Under the pieces are notes generated by a model. The model was not told the origin of the DNA. It ran no database searches and was given only the letters and a program-made list of their open reading frames with translations. Of a DNA stretch of 64,000 nucleotides, positions 1-13,090 are shown piece by piece. The DNA lies in contig JBFLGF010000026.1 in NCBI GenBank assembly GCA_050230475.1, positions 1 to 64,000 of the forward strand. The letters are read 5' to 3'. Both the position numbers and the translations under genes were made by a program. Each line of letters begins with the position of its first letter. Within the stretch, counting starts at the first letter, position 1. The stretch is from Ancylonema sp. (Eukaryota).

Positions 1-239
1 TATATATGTATATATATAATAATTATATTTATAACAATTATTTGTATATAATAATAATAAAATTAAATAAGGAAATCGATGGTTTCGTGAGTAGGATTGC
101 GCTCATGAACGCGGAGGCGCGCTCATATGAGCGCATGAGCGCTGATCACATGAGCGCTGATCAGTGCCAGGCTGGGAGTGATCGGTGCTCATGATGGCGC
201 TCATATCGGCGATCATCGGCTTCATTTCTTTTACTACAA

Positions 240-3200
240 ATTACGAACTTAAAAGAGAGACGCATTTTATTAAAGCAGGATGGGAACCCGATCTGAGTAC
301 AACACCAACGTTATTGTACCAACTCAACGGAATAGAAGAAGGAAAACAACCCCAACCCCAAAACAACCGAGCAACAATCGTTAACTCTGCTGACGACAAT
401 AACCACCCCGGAGGGGGGGGGAGTAACAGAGCCATTCCCTCTTCCAATCGCAACGTCCTAGCATGGATTGCATGTGCTAGAGAACGTTGTAAAGCAACAG
501 AAACTCTCTGCCGAAACCAAGTAACTAACAAACTAACATTCAGCCCCGATCGCCCATTCAGTTGCGCCGCACGGTGAGCACAATCCACCAATAACCGATT
601 GCTTGCATCGGAAAGCGGCACCGTACGTCTCTCTAACGCAAACTGGATAAATTTGGTCCCTGTCGCGCGATCACGATAGTGAGTTTTTCTTTGCGCCGTT
701 TTGCATCTTCTGCGGCCACCAACCCTCTTGACAAGCCGCGCGCGAGATCCACCAAGTCACACGCCGCGTGGGGTCAGCAATGACCACATCCACCAAAATA
801 TGCCCCTCCACCAAAATCCGAAATAACAATATCCACTCGGCCCCCACGACCGCCAGGAGCGGAAGACGGAAGAAACCCCGTACGTTCACGTTGAACATGT
901 TGACCCGACTCGCGGAGGATGTGATATACGGAATCTCGCACCGAGTCATGAGATGAAGTGCGCCTCCACCCCTCGACTGCAGCGCATAAGATGCGTACCC
1001 AGGGCGTCCATAGAGTTGCCGCACGTGCACGTATCATAGGTAGCAAGGCAAGGGTGGGGAAACCCGAGGCGCAAGCGCACGGCAGTAAATAGGGGAGGGG
1101 GGATACGAAGGGAGGGAATGATGGGGGACGCCTGTAGCCAATGACCCGCACCGGGTCCACTGGCGGACCGAAGCCTCGCCCTCGATGTCGCGAGATCGGT
1201 GCTCGCCACCAGCACCTCAACCGCAGCAGCGTGGGTAGCATCAAGAAGTGTCGGTTGCAAGTGAGGAATAGAAGCCACGGCCAAGGTGGCATATGGAGGC
1301 AGTGCCGCGGAGTCTCTTGGGTGAAGAAGCTCTCGCGCTTCTCGAAGCACGAACTGTGTTCGTAGACCTCCCTCGACCACAGTGCTGAAAAACGGGCCGA
1401 ATGATAAACCGTGCTGCTGGAAAGCTGATGCGAGTGCAGGCGCGGCGAGAGCGGCGAGAGCATAAGAGCCAATAAAAGCAACTGGGGCAAGAGTACGAAC
1501 CAAACCCACGCCCCCCCGGGCGATCGGCAAACAAGCTTGGTCACGCGACAAACCAATATGGTCCGAAGTGCACCCAACCACCCCGCCCAACAGATCTGCC
1601 TCTACAACCCTCCACAGCGTCGCATCGTACTCCCCGAGCTGGTTGAGGAAGGAAGAGGTCGGGTGGCAAGTACGCAGCAGATATGATGGTCGAGCAGCAA
1701 ACACCTGCGTAAGTAGGCGGAGGGCCAGCGGATCCTCAAGGAGGCATAATTGTAGAAGACCCCGCGTATCTACCTCCAACGCAGCTGCCAGGAAGCCTCG
1801 CACAAACTCGTTCGTCCCAAAAGGCGCCCCCAACACACGAATGCCATCTGTAGCATAAGAGCACCCCTTCGGAAGAATCGGAAACACCTCCCGACCAGAT
1901 GGTGACCACGCCTACACACTTGGACGGCTGCACAGAAAGGCCGAGTTTTGCAGGCTCTTCCACAAAAAACTTAAAAGGCTCCACCACACGGGGAGGGGAC
2001 CCCACGATATGGGTGTCATCTGCAATTGAAGGGAAGGCGCAGTCCGGAAACGCCGCTGCGGTGGATCGAAGAGCCTGCTGGTGGTCCGAGGGCGAACAAT
2101 ACCCCTCCAAGGGGATCCCCCTGATGAGTCCCGGTCGAAGACGCCAACTCCACTACCTCCTCCTCCCCCCCCGCCAGATCACGAGCACGGAAGAATAGGG
2201 GGGAAGACCCCCCATAAAAAAAAGCTCGCACAAACGGGAACAAACTACTCAACCCCCCCCCCCCCGAATCACGAAGCTCCTCAAATCAAAGAACGCCTGG
2301 CGGGTGCTGAATGCGTTCTTCGCGTCCACCTGTATGACACCCCAAAATGGACGCGCTTCCAAAAGAAGTCACACCCCCCAGATTACCATCTCACACCCCC
2401 CTTTAAAAACAAAGCCGTACCGCCATTCGAGATGGTCGTGAAGCGCCTCCCGGATCTGAAGGCATATCGGGCTGATCAAACGATAAAACCCCTCCACAGC
2501 AAGGGGACGTACTGCCCCGCCACCCTTATCCAACGCCACCAGCCGAGATGCCCCCAATAGATGACAAATAGACGCCGGAATACGACCCCTCGCAACATGA
2601 GCAGCCACGTGGGCAAAACCACTAGCAGGGTCATCCGGATCGAGAATGTCACGAAAATATTCAAATACCATTCCAGACAACCCTGCAGCAGAATGGGCTG
2701 GGGCCCCTCGCAACGTCACAGCGAATGAATCCCTCTCGTGAATGAAATCGTCGGGAGGCCTGAAATCCCCAACAAAATTTGGGAGAGCAGCTGGAGCAAT
2801 GGGGTGCAAGTCACGCAGCCGTGCCACAGTCTCTTCCGTCCCACGCGCTAGTGTGACACTAGGGCCCGAGCTGACCGCGACAGCTCACCACTCTTTCCCA
2901 AGAGAAGCGCACGTTTAAGATCCCCCCCACCCACTCCACCTTCTCCAACTGTGCCTCCGACGCCCCCACTTCTTCCCGCCTCCCTCCTCCCACCATCCGT
3001 CCCCTCCCCCGCCCCCCCCCCTCCCCGCTGTTGCCTCTCTCCTAAAGGGGTGGGGTACAGCGAGCAATATGCTCATGAAGCAGCGATTCCCAATCCCCCC
3101 CAAGAAATCGAGTAATACGTCGCCTCGTTTCCCTATGGCCAGCCGACCCCCGTGGTCTGGGAGGGGAAGGCACCAAACAGGGACCATCAAAAATACCTTC

Positions 3201-3960
3201 CACGCAGCAATATCCCCAGGGTCATCCCTCAAGCGACGGAGCGGAAGCACAAAAGCCGCGCTAGACTTCTACCCGGATGGCAATAAGGGATCTTCCGAAT
3301 ATAGGCGGGGCTGGCACAATCCCTGTGGCAGTAGGATCGCAAAGTGTAGTATCGAGGGGCCCACGGACCCACACGAAGACGGAGGTGGGAGGCGGGGAAG
3401 GGCCTGAAGCATGTGCGGGGCCTCCCCCACTCAATGCAGGGGCCGGAACACATAATGCGACATGACGTGCCAACCATGCGGCGCCCGTATAGTGATTTCC
3501 ACAATTGTTGGGGCAGTAAATCAAAGGCCTACCCCTAGCTGAAAGCTGGGGGAGGGACCCTTGAGTCCCTCCTCCCCCTCCGGCCGTTGCCGTAGGGAAA
3601 CGAAATGACATTGCGGAAGTAATACGGCGACCCATAACACCTACTTGGGTTCAAAATATAGCCTGTACAAAGGGCTACTTAAATCCAAGAATGGACAAGA
3701 TGTAAAATCTAAGAATGAACAAGATATGCGACACTTCGCATCGCGTGTTAGAAAAGATCGCGTGACTGCCTCCCGGGCGCGGTGATTTGAATGCGGAGGC
3801 CAACGGATAATCACCACGCAGGCGATCCGTAGAATCACGTAACGTGGCGCAGCTTAAACTGAAGCTGGTAAAAATAAATACCCACAGCACTTTACGGCAT
3901 ATAAAATTAAGGCGTAATGAGGGCACTAGACGAAGACACGTGGCAGGCATCTTTCGTGTT
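240..3960 (-). mobile_element. Degenerate non-LTR retrotransposon of CRE-like clade (RT plus C-terminal restriction-like endonuclease), multiply frameshifted; ends approximate
   Basis: Minus-strand fragments in order: Zn-finger-like CPNNC..LARHVALC (~3460-3520); RT motifs SRLVALDKGGGAVRPLAV, GTHQGDPLGGVLFA, SIADDTHIVG, GIRVLGAPFG; Zn knuckle CTCG..GTHLMRC; SHDSVRD; RLE-type RVDIV...VDVVIADP; C-terminal RQRVSVALQRSLAHAI. Minus-strand AATAAA at ~266-271. Confidence 0.85.
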
Positions 3961-5774
3961 GAAAGAACATAAATCATTTTAATCATAATAAACGTTATAA
4001 TTATATATAAAATAAAATAAATAGACACATACGAAGGGAAGTACATGAATAAGACTTGCAATATAAGTGTCATGACGCTAGATATCGTTGAGGGTAAATC
4101 CCCTTCGTAATAATATCCAGACCTCTCTAGTAAAGTACCCTATTATTAGCAACCAGATTCGATATACCGAGAATATAAATATATCGAGATTTTGTGTGAA
4201 GTTAGAATTAGTACCCCGCAAAATCCAAACAACTTTTTGTAAACTCGAAAATAAATTGTGGCGTATTTTACGAGTATAGTATCCAGCAGTTGTACAATTT
4301 AGACTGCGTGTCGACTTTTCAGCGCTTAGCGCAACTTCGTTATCGAAGATAATATTTCTGACTTGTCGATATTATCTCGGCGATAAAATCCAGCCGTATA
4401 ATACTTGACGTCTATATTTGTAGCGCCAAGATTAAATAGAACTTTTTAGAGTACAGCCTGTCGATTAACCTTGTCGATTAACTCTCGTTAGTTTGCCAAT
4501 TTGACGATCGTAGCATAAAAACGTTTTCATTGTACAAATCTGCCAGCTTCCGCTATCAGATTGCGCTGTCAAGAAACTGTCAAGAATCTTTCTCAGAAAT
4601 CCTGTCAATTGTGTTATCTGAATTCTGCAACTCCTGGCTGACGCCAGTTCTTGCCATCATCTTTGTGTCTTGTCTACGATTGCTTGTGCGACTACCGTCG
4701 ACGAAATCTGTAAGTTGACCGAAGTGACCTTCGCAACTTCCTATAATTACTTGTGTTGTTTCGCTAACGCTCTCAGCCAGCCTGTAAACTTGCTTGTGTA
4801 CCATCACATCTTTGTGCTGACGCTCTTACTGAGCCAACAATATTCATATACCACGTTGCTGACGCTCTTACTGAGGCAAAACTGCTTTGTCGATTTGCAT
4901 CGATTCAGTGACGCTCGTACCGAGCCAGTACGATAACGACGCGCAACCACTTGCTGACCTTCTAACTCAACCAGCACCTCACATCCATCAATTACCATCT
5001 GTCAACACACCGTTTGACAGCCAAACTTTATACTCGAAAGTTTACCTTTCGGCCGTCGATCTTAATATTCGACACCAATAATCCTTTCCAGACTTTCGAT
5101 TGTTGATAATAATTTTCGACTCGCCCTCGGCGTCGAGTAGTGTTCCACACATTCACGCACGAGACAGTGTAATAGAACTAGCGTAACACCTAGTTCTCAG
5201 CACAGACTAAATCTGCAACCCAACTTCAATGTGATAGCGGAAGACTTTAGTGAGAGCAGCAGAGCCCTACTACGTCTACTATCGACATTGACACCAAGAC
5301 CAGTAAAGATCTACACCAACGAAGCAGATTATCAAGACAACCAATTGATAATCATGTAACCCAGATACCCATCAACAACCTCCTCATGAGCAACCGACTC
5401 CAAACCGCATGTCATAAGTTGTGACAAATCCGATTTCATTCTTTGAGGCTCAAAGTTTGAGCACTCCGTGAAAAACTTTGTTGTAGGTATAGACGTGTGG
5501 TAGCCATACTCACAAAACTCGAAAGCTAGAGTGCAAAGATTTGTCCCAGCTTTGTCGTCATAAAAGGCTAAAGTGTGATAAGAATGTCGTTCACAAAGTA
5601 TAAGTCAACATAAAATTGTCAAGATATTGATGTAGAGAGGTTAATTGCATGTTCATGACTCACCATAGAGAAAGTTTATAAAAGAAGCAAGAGGAGAATC
5701 CCACTTTAATACAACGAAGAAAAATCAATCACCAAAAGTAAAATACCAAGGTTCCGCACACTCAAGGGGAACTA

Positions 5775-6757
5775 CCGTACCGGCCAACTTTAATATCCCA
5801 CCCCTTTTTCCAAACAATATGTTTATTCACGCCCCACCCCCTTACCCCAGCCAAAAACAAATAGCTAATGTTATCCCACCCCCTTACCCTAGCCTATTTT
5901 TAGGTATTAATTACATTAACCCAGCGACTTAATACCCCAACCCGGTAACGGGTTTTTGATTATTTTTGGACCCTAAGTGGGTTCAATAATATCCCTTATA
6001 TCAAGTAAAGTTTGCAATAGGTTACAGCCGCGCTTCGAAAATTGAAATGCGTCTAGAATCATAACCTCGCAATCGATTTGAGGGGCTCTTGAGGTCCACG
6101 AATCGTAGGCTCTTCGGCTCATGGGCACACGGTATTTGTTTTTTTTGAGATTGTGTTTCGCATTTGTGTGGAATGACCATGCACATGTGCACGAAACAAT
6201 TTGAGGTTCTTCTAACTTCAAACGAAGCAATGTTTGTTAAAAAGCATGACTTATTGTAATATTTTTTCTTTTTTGTTGTTGTTAAGCTTGTCAAACACCT
6301 ACAAGAGATAATGTAGCATATTGTAGCACCTTGTGACACAATGGAGAATCGAATACATTTCCAAAAAAATCCCAGACCATTTGTCATATCATAAATACAC
6401 CATCATAGTGGTTTTACGAACACAAATACATACGTCAAATAAATAATCCAAGAGACGCACTCGATTGAAGACGTCATATCTATCTCATACCTCTTCCCAC
6501 TTTCGGCATGCCTCTTTCATTCCATGCTAGAACCTGGTACATGAATTCTACCAGGAACGGCAAACACCCCTGTTATTTAGAGCTTGCCGCCGCTATTACC
6601 CCGGCTGGCAGAATTTTAGGATAATACTCCACAAGTCCCAATAAACGAATTACCGGACCTACTTAATACCCCAAAATCTCAAATCTCGATTTTTTTTCTT
6701 AACCCCACCCCAGCCACAAATAATTAATTAGTGGGGTATCAAAGTTGGCCAGTACGG
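5775..6757. mobile_element. Non-autonomous Tc1/mariner-type (CCGTA-ended) DNA transposon/MITE
   Basis: TIRs CCGTACCGGCCAACTTTAATATCCCAC / GTGGGGTATCAAAGTTGGCCAGTACGG, with TA on both sides (5773-5774, 6758-6759). No transposase ORF. Confidence 0.85.
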
Positions 6758-8504
6758 TAAGCGACATATTTCCACCAACGAGATTAACGCTCTTACGGGT
6801 GAGGGGGCTAGTATAATATGGGAACAATAGTTTATCATACCGTTATTACCGATATTATTGGGGGATTTTGGCCGGTAACAAACGAAATCGAGAAATATAT
6901 ACTAGCGACGAAATGATTACAATAATGAAGCTTCTTATAACATGGTATTGCTTATATCTTCCTTGAGCCTTTTTTCATTTTTTCGCTCGTAATCGTATGA
7001 TGGCTACATGAGCCGCTCTTAAGAGTATTAGGGCATGAGCTCATGAGTGCATGCTTTCGGGAGCGCACTCTACTCAAATCTTGTCGGTCCATGCGACTCT
7101 GTCATCATTTGAGTCGATGGGATGTCATCGTGACCGTAGCTTAGGATATCGACACTTCATGATTGCTCACATATACATGTATATGGTTTATATGTTTTTT
7201 GCCACGCGTATTTCGGTAAACGTGCGAGTAGATAGTAGATTTGAATTTCCAACGTAAAGACCTTGACAAATATCTGTTTTCGTTGGATATGACGCAATAG
7301 AAACTTACTTCGCATATCATCTCTATTCTCAACTCTGTATTTTATGCTTTTGCAATAGTATGAGTCCATCGTGTTTTGCAATCTTGTTTCAAACGAGCCT
7401 TCGCCTTCCGCCTCGCTTTGATCTCTTTATGTTGTTGCATCAAGTTGTCGCTTTGCACATTTGTTCTTTGATTTCGTCGAAACTGGAAGAAAATGTTGAG
7501 TGTCTAACGTGTTGCGTGGTTAATAATGACGTGTTTGTTTACCCGAGCCAACGCTCATCCGTGCAATCAAATCGCACAACTCTTAGTTGTTATTGACAAG
7601 CTTCACTGAATTGTGCTTTTCGCAATAACTTGCACTTCACTGTGATTTTATGCCACTCTTATTACTATTACGTCAAGTAATTTGTAGTGTATGATGGCAT
7701 GCGAGCACCAAGTAGCATACCGAATCAAGCTCGAAAGTTGCCTCGTGTATATGATTTTTCACACGCACTGTCGCGACTCAAGCGAGCATTTAACGGTCAA
7801 CTCATTGAAAGGGTCTCTGACCATCAAGTTCGGGACGGTTCCAAACTTGAAAAAGGTACGTGAAAAGTGTGGTTGAGAAAAAAGAAAAAACTCCTCCGCA
7901 AGTTTATATATAATTGAATATGGAAGTAAAATTAATTTATTTTTTGAACATTTTGCGGTGCCGAGGAGTAAAATTTTGGTGCGAAAATCTTATGATGAAT
8001 TGTCGTCTGTAATTTGTCATTGACTCCTGTGACTTCTTGCATCATTTGTTGATCTTGAAGCTTGCAATCTTTTCATCGGTTATTTTTTACTCTACATCAC
8101 GTGAACAAGGTCAGCTCGGTTCTGATGGGTGTTGAATCGGATAGAGAGAGAGAGAAAGAGAGAGAGAAGAGATAGCTGAGCAATAACACAATAACGATAG
8201 CGAAAAAAGGTGAAGATATGTCCATATACTTTGATCTCCGTAAAATTTTCCTTACCCGTTATGTGTTCATCCCCCCGTCCACCCCCACCCGTACCCGAAC
8301 GTGATGAGGAGATTGTGCATACCTCGGAAGCGGATACATTGTCTTATCGTGTGGCATTATATGAGGGAAATAAAGAAAACGTGGGATAGATGATGTAGAG
8401 ATCATAAGGGGTGGTTTGATTGATAGCGGCATGTTTTTCTATGATAGACAAATCGCATTGTGACGTGTTGCGTCCTTTTGTGTTGCTATCATATTCAGGA
8501 GGAG

Positions 8505-8775
8505 CATATGATGGGGAGTAGTAAGTCCCGGTCCATCCCGATCCCGGATCCGCATCGGCCCGGGATCGGAGATCTCCCGATCCGATCGGGCCCAACGGGA
8601 AGAAAAACAAATTGATAAACTCGTTTCTGGGGGTTTTACGCCACAATGGGTGCATTTTTTTCATCGGTTTTCACCTCATGTTTGGTGCCTCCGATCCGGA
8701 TCCGGATCCGGTCCGATCCGGATCAGAGAATCATAAATTACCTGATCGAATTGTGACCAAATATGTGATGGGGTA
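8505..8775. repeat. GATCCG-motif-rich MITE-like repeat; related copy in opposite orientation at 63691-63958
   Basis: Dense GATCCG/CGGATC arrays. The block CCGATCCGATCGGGCCCAACG (~8572-8597) is matched in reverse by CGTTGGGCCCGATCCGATC (~63877-63895). Confidence 0.55.
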
Positions 8776-8789
8776 GGATTTGATGCGTA

Positions 8790-9278
8790 CCTGACTGACC
8801 AAATATAATGACCTAGAATATTTTCGAAGAGGGTGGGTCATTTGAAAATTATTAGGTGAAAGGGTGGGTCATTCTATATGTGGTCATCAGTTAATGATTC
8901 GAATTCAGGAATTCGGTATATTTTATATTGGGCGTGCGGTTGGGTCAACTGGTGGGTCAACCACGGTTCCAAAAATCCGGGTCATTACCGTACTGGGCAC
9001 CGTAAATGATTTCTGTTTTTCCAAAACGAATCATTTTTTTTTTAAGATTTGTAAGAAAGATTCCGGGAATCCGGAAGTTATTATTGATGATTTTTGGCAA
9101 CGATTTCTGGTAACCTACATACAAAATTCAAAACAAATCCAAAAGTGGTATTGATATCAATGATTTTTGGTTAATGATTCCGACCTCATAGGTATTTATA
9201 TAAATGATTGACTTCGGGTTCCAATAATTAATTAAAAATCATTTACGGTTCCCAATACGGTATTGCTGGCCTCTGCGG
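8790..9278. mobile_element. Older TA-flanked MITE (family shared with 33336-33573 and 62511-62777), interrupted by a younger MITE
   Basis: Shares AGGGTGGGTCATT, GGTGGGTCAACC and ATCCGGGTCATT blocks with 62511-62777. Degenerate TIRs around ATAATGACC; TA at 8788-8789 and 9279-9280. Confidence 0.6.
8988..9260. mobile_element. CCGTA-ended MITE nested in the right TIR of the 8790-9278 element
   Basis: TIRs CCGTACTGGGCACCGTAAATGATTT / AAATCATTTACGGTTCCCAATACGG; TA duplication at 8986-8987 and 9261-9262. Confidence 0.85.
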
Positions 9279-10079
9279 TATGTTGAAGTGGTGGCATGGA
9301 TCATGACGAAGGACAAAGCCCTATATTTTGGTACAGACTGAGCAAGCTCCAAATGATGAGGTACGGCTCTCTACATGAAACAAAACATTGGTTTTCTAGT
9401 ATTTGATTTGTGGGTGCTCATTACCTTGATACACAGTCAACAACACTTCTGGCTGTCTTGATATTCATGTAGAATTCAAAGACAGTCACGTTTCAAGTTT
9501 TGAATCTTAGACATTACTGATAGACACAAAACAAAACATTTGAACCATGTAGAGTTGCGCAATTTGCATGCAAGTCAAATCTCGCGCTGTTTTTCCTCGT
9601 CAATGATGTGCTAAGAGTGAAACAACACTGAGTTAAGAAATGACTTCTTATGTTAAAATTGTTTGCCAATTTGCACAACAATATACATACCCCACGTAAA
9701 TCAAGTAATAGAGCAACATTGTCAAACTGCCAGCATTTGCGGAATGCGGTCAGAGAAGAACACATACAAATAAGAGCACCCTATCTATGATACTTCCTGT
9801 CACGAATGATTCTCCCTCTCCAAATCCCTACACCACCAGAATAGGCACGCAAAAGGACCACCCTTCGGTCCTGAATTCTGGGCCAAAAAAAGTTTCTATG
9901 TACATGTACAAATCTCACACGTATCAGCAAACTTGTCACCGTAATTTACAGTAAAAACACAAACCGATAGGAGCACACCCAAGGACTAGTTTCTCTACTC
10001 AGAGGCTCATGCTCATAAATGCTATCTTGACCCATCATCATCAAACAAAAGTAGCACCTGTACATCCCTCCAGCGTCAA

Positions 10080-11648
10080 TTACGCCAAGTCCCCTGGTGG
10101 TCTCCAGACCCAAAAATGTTTCTTGACCCCTACAGCTGCTTCGAGGGTCGCCCCCGCCCCCGCCCCCGCCCCCGCCCCCACCCCTCCTATAGCACACGTA
10201 CACACAGCAGCTCTCTCTTTTGTCAAACACCCTCTGCCTGATTGGCCAAGGCTTCCTTCCACTAACACCTCTCCGTCCCCCAGGGTTTCCCTGGGGGTGG
10301 TGCAGGCAACCCCTCTTGCTTCCCAACCTGTCAGCCGTTCATGAATGCATTCATGCCCTTCAGACATACCGCCCGAAGTGTCCAAACTTCCATATTCGTT
10401 TTCTTCTGTCGAAAAGCTGCCACGCGGCAGATCTGCCACGTGTGCCGCCATAGAATGAACCACGTATCGCGTGAGCAGACCCGGGTACGAAAAAGACTCC
10501 CTCTCCTCCTCCTCCCGCACATAAGTTTCTCCCAACACGGTTACCCGTTCCCTTGAACCAAGTGTCGGCCCCAGTTCCTCGGCTATTCCCCTCAAGCAGG
10601 CCTCTGCTACCTGTTCCCCGGGTTTCATTTTCTCAGACAAAGGCCGATTTCTGGGCCTCACAGCCCCATTCGCCATTTCTTGGTGGGATTCCATTAGTAG
10701 ACCGCCGAAGTCGTTCCGAATCAGCACGCTTGCCACGTGTACGGTGCGCTTGGGTGGCCGACAGTCCTCTAATGAGATCTCGCCTTCTACGAGTTCTGTC
10801 CACAGGTTTGCGACCCGTTTTGTTGCAGCACTCTCGCTCCAGCTGGCCAACTGCACAGCGCCACCTGGCAGTCTGTCCGTAAGCCATCTGGCAAGTCCCT
10901 CTATCCCGCCGAGTTCCTCTGCTGACACGCAATTAGATGTAGAGGGACACAATTCCGCCGAAGGGATCTCTCCCATAAGGCATATCTCAGAGCCTTCGGC
11001 CACCTCCTCCGTTATCGCCACGGGCGCATCCATCGTTCGGGCGCACGGGCCGGTGTATTGACGCACAGATGCTGCGTTTAGACTGAAGGAAGAGTTGAGG
11101 CAGGTGTACAATCCCAGCTCTAGCCAGATGCTTGTCCTCTTTACTTCGCCTGGTGCGGGACGATCAGACGAGGTCTGTGTGCAACGAGCAGGAACAGGAA
11201 GGCGGAATGGTCTCAATACGCGTTGCGGTACTGGTGACCAGCAACCGATAGGTGGAGCCGAGAAGGTGTGAGTATCTAGAGGAGCGCGGGCTGGCTTGCA
11301 GTTGAGCGACTTCGTGAGGTATGTCAGCAGCGGCCAGGAAGAAAAATGAGAAATGGAGCTCGATGAGTGGGAAGGGTCTTGCAGGAGAAAAGGATGACGC
11401 GTGGGGAGGAAACCAGAAACAAATTTCCTCGAAGACTGGACGGCTCTCACGATTGATGACGGAGTCGTATTTAAATAATTGCGGTCTTGTCTGGTCAGAA
11501 TATGCCGTGAAGCGTCACCTTCCAGGAAAAAATCACCACACATCGAGGGATTGTAGGGTATGGCGGCGCATGGCGTTGTACTGATACGGATAGGCATAGC
11601 AGCACAGTGGCGCCAATGCCTACACCCCGTGCGACATTTATCTATCAC
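10080..11648 (-). CDS. Conserved plant Nudix-fold-like protein of unknown function; single ORF, true start uncertain (conserved part begins near ATG 11033)
   Basis: 522-codon ORF. The core NLWTELVEGEISL..PPKRTVHVASVLI...LMESHQEM..G.VRPRNRPLSEKMKPGE..EACLRGIAEELG...SYPGL.TRY..H...VKKHFWVW resembles a land-plant uncharacterised family with a degenerate Nudix box. Confidence 0.75.
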   Translation of the reverse strand: MIDKCRTGCRHWRHCAAMPIRISTTPCAAIPYNPSMCGDFFLEGDASRHILTRQDRNYLNTTPSSIVRAVQSSRKFVSGFLPTRHPFLLQDPSHSSSSISHFSSWPLLTYLTKSLNCKPARAPLDTHTFSAPPIGCWSPVPQRVLRPFRLPVPARCTQTSSDRPAPGEVKRTSIWLELGLYTCLNSSFSLNAASVRQYTGPCARTMDAPVAITEEVAEGSEICLMGEIPSAELCPSTSNCVSAEELGGIEGLARWLTDRLPGGAVQLASWSESAATKRVANLWTELVEGEISLEDCRPPKRTVHVASVLIRNDFGGLLMESHQEMANGAVRPRNRPLSEKMKPGEQVAEACLRGIAEELGPTLGSRERVTVLGETYVREEEERESFSYPGLLTRYVVHSMAAHVADLPRGSFSTEENEYGSLDTSGGMSEGHECIHERLTGWEARGVACTTPRETLGDGEVLVEGSLGQSGRGCLTKERAAVCTCAIGGVGAGAGAGAGATLEAAVGVKKHFWVWRPPGDLA

Positions 11649-11989
11649 TTTTCAAAGTATCTCATCCTGCGTAACATGACATCAGAACAAAAAATATGTA
11701 CTCCCGAGCTTCCGTCTGATGCGTGAAGACCTGACTCTTCGTGCAGAGCCCGCCAACCGCAAGAATAGGGACAAGATGGCAGATCAAGGTGCATTCGCAG
11801 TGTAGTTTCTTTTCGAGCAGCCAAGAAGACAGGCGTACCGTGTGGCCCTGGTGTGGAAGAGACGCCCGAGAAGCGGATCAACAAATCGAAGCGCATCCGT
11901 TTTGCTTTTTCAGCAGATCTCCCATGGATGACGTGGGCGCTCGACGTCCCTGGAATTCGGATGGGATTCCATTAGTCCACAACTATGCC

Positions 11990-13090
11990 CGGGCACCCGG
12001 GCTCCTGGGTAGGTCGGGCAACCGCCGTCCGGCCGCCATTTAAGCAGACCTCCTTTCGCCCGAATTTTCGCCACCCGCTCGCGATTGCGCCGTCCGACCG
12101 TCCGACCGCCATCCGCCATCCAACCGCGCCCCGACCGCCCCCCCCGCCGCTGGTTTCAGTTGTAATCGCGGGCGGGTGGCGGTAGGAACGGTCGGGTGGC
12201 GGTCGGAGGCGGCCGGACGGCGGTCGGGGCGGTCGGATTTCGGTTGAATGAGCCTTGAGGAGGTTCGCATTGACTGAAGTAGTTTGTTTTGTGTGTTTTT
12301 ATTTATTTTTATACTTTCTCATTCCGTTGGTTACATGTTCGGATTAACTTTTTGTGCGCATTGTAGTTGGAAGGCGGTGATGTGTAATATTAAAATCATT
12401 ATTTCTCTAAACAATGGTCGGATTTCCAACGTTTTGCCTCCCAAGGTGCCATCATTGCCGTTTTTATGAGTGCACATCATAACGACATGAGAAACGGAAA
12501 ACGACAAAAAATGCTAGGCTACACGCACAATTAATTGATTACTTTCACCATCTTATCTTATAAACTAGAAGTTACTCTAGTGCATAATATTTGTGGACAA
12601 AAAATTATGGGAAAAATCAAATGTGTGCGCCGCGATGTTTCCACGATTGTCAAACATCGATTCGTTTCTACATTATTTCTGCAAAGTGTTTCCAAATGCC
12701 ACCCGGTTCAACATAAAATATATTTCAAATCAAAACATCATGATGATTCGCAATACACGGGATCACAAATCAGCATTCACAATCGCGAAAACGCGAGTGT
12801 ACAATACTCGTATGACCTATGCGGAGCTACCATGAATATATTCAGTGTTCCATTATGTTTTAAGAAACGCCTAATGTTTTTTTTTTTTTTTGGGGGTCTC
12901 CCACCGCCATCCAACCGGTCCAACCGCCAAATAATGGCGGTCGGACAGCGGAATCGCGGCTGGACGGTGGAATCGCGGTCGCGGGTGGCGGAAATCCGGC
13001 CGGGCGGATGCCGGGGCGGTCGGTGGCGGTCGGTGGCGGTCGGCGGGCGGCCGATCGCCGACCGCCACCGATTCTGGCGAGCTCATGGGC
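11990..13090. repeat. Two GC-rich blocks of CCGACCGCC/GGCGGTCGG motifs (11990-12256, 12895-13090), partly inverted relative to each other; probable non-autonomous DNA transposon ends
   Basis: The reverse complement of ~12050-12110 resembles ~12940-13000 (GGCGGTCGGAC...AATCGCG..CGGGTGGCG.AAAT.CGG). An AT-rich spacer lies between the blocks. Confidence 0.5.

Noticed and set aside
4088..5420. Possible additional decayed element next to the CRE 5' end
   Set aside because: Only short ORFs and one 18-bp direct repeat (~4816 and ~4858); no diagnostic motif or termini.
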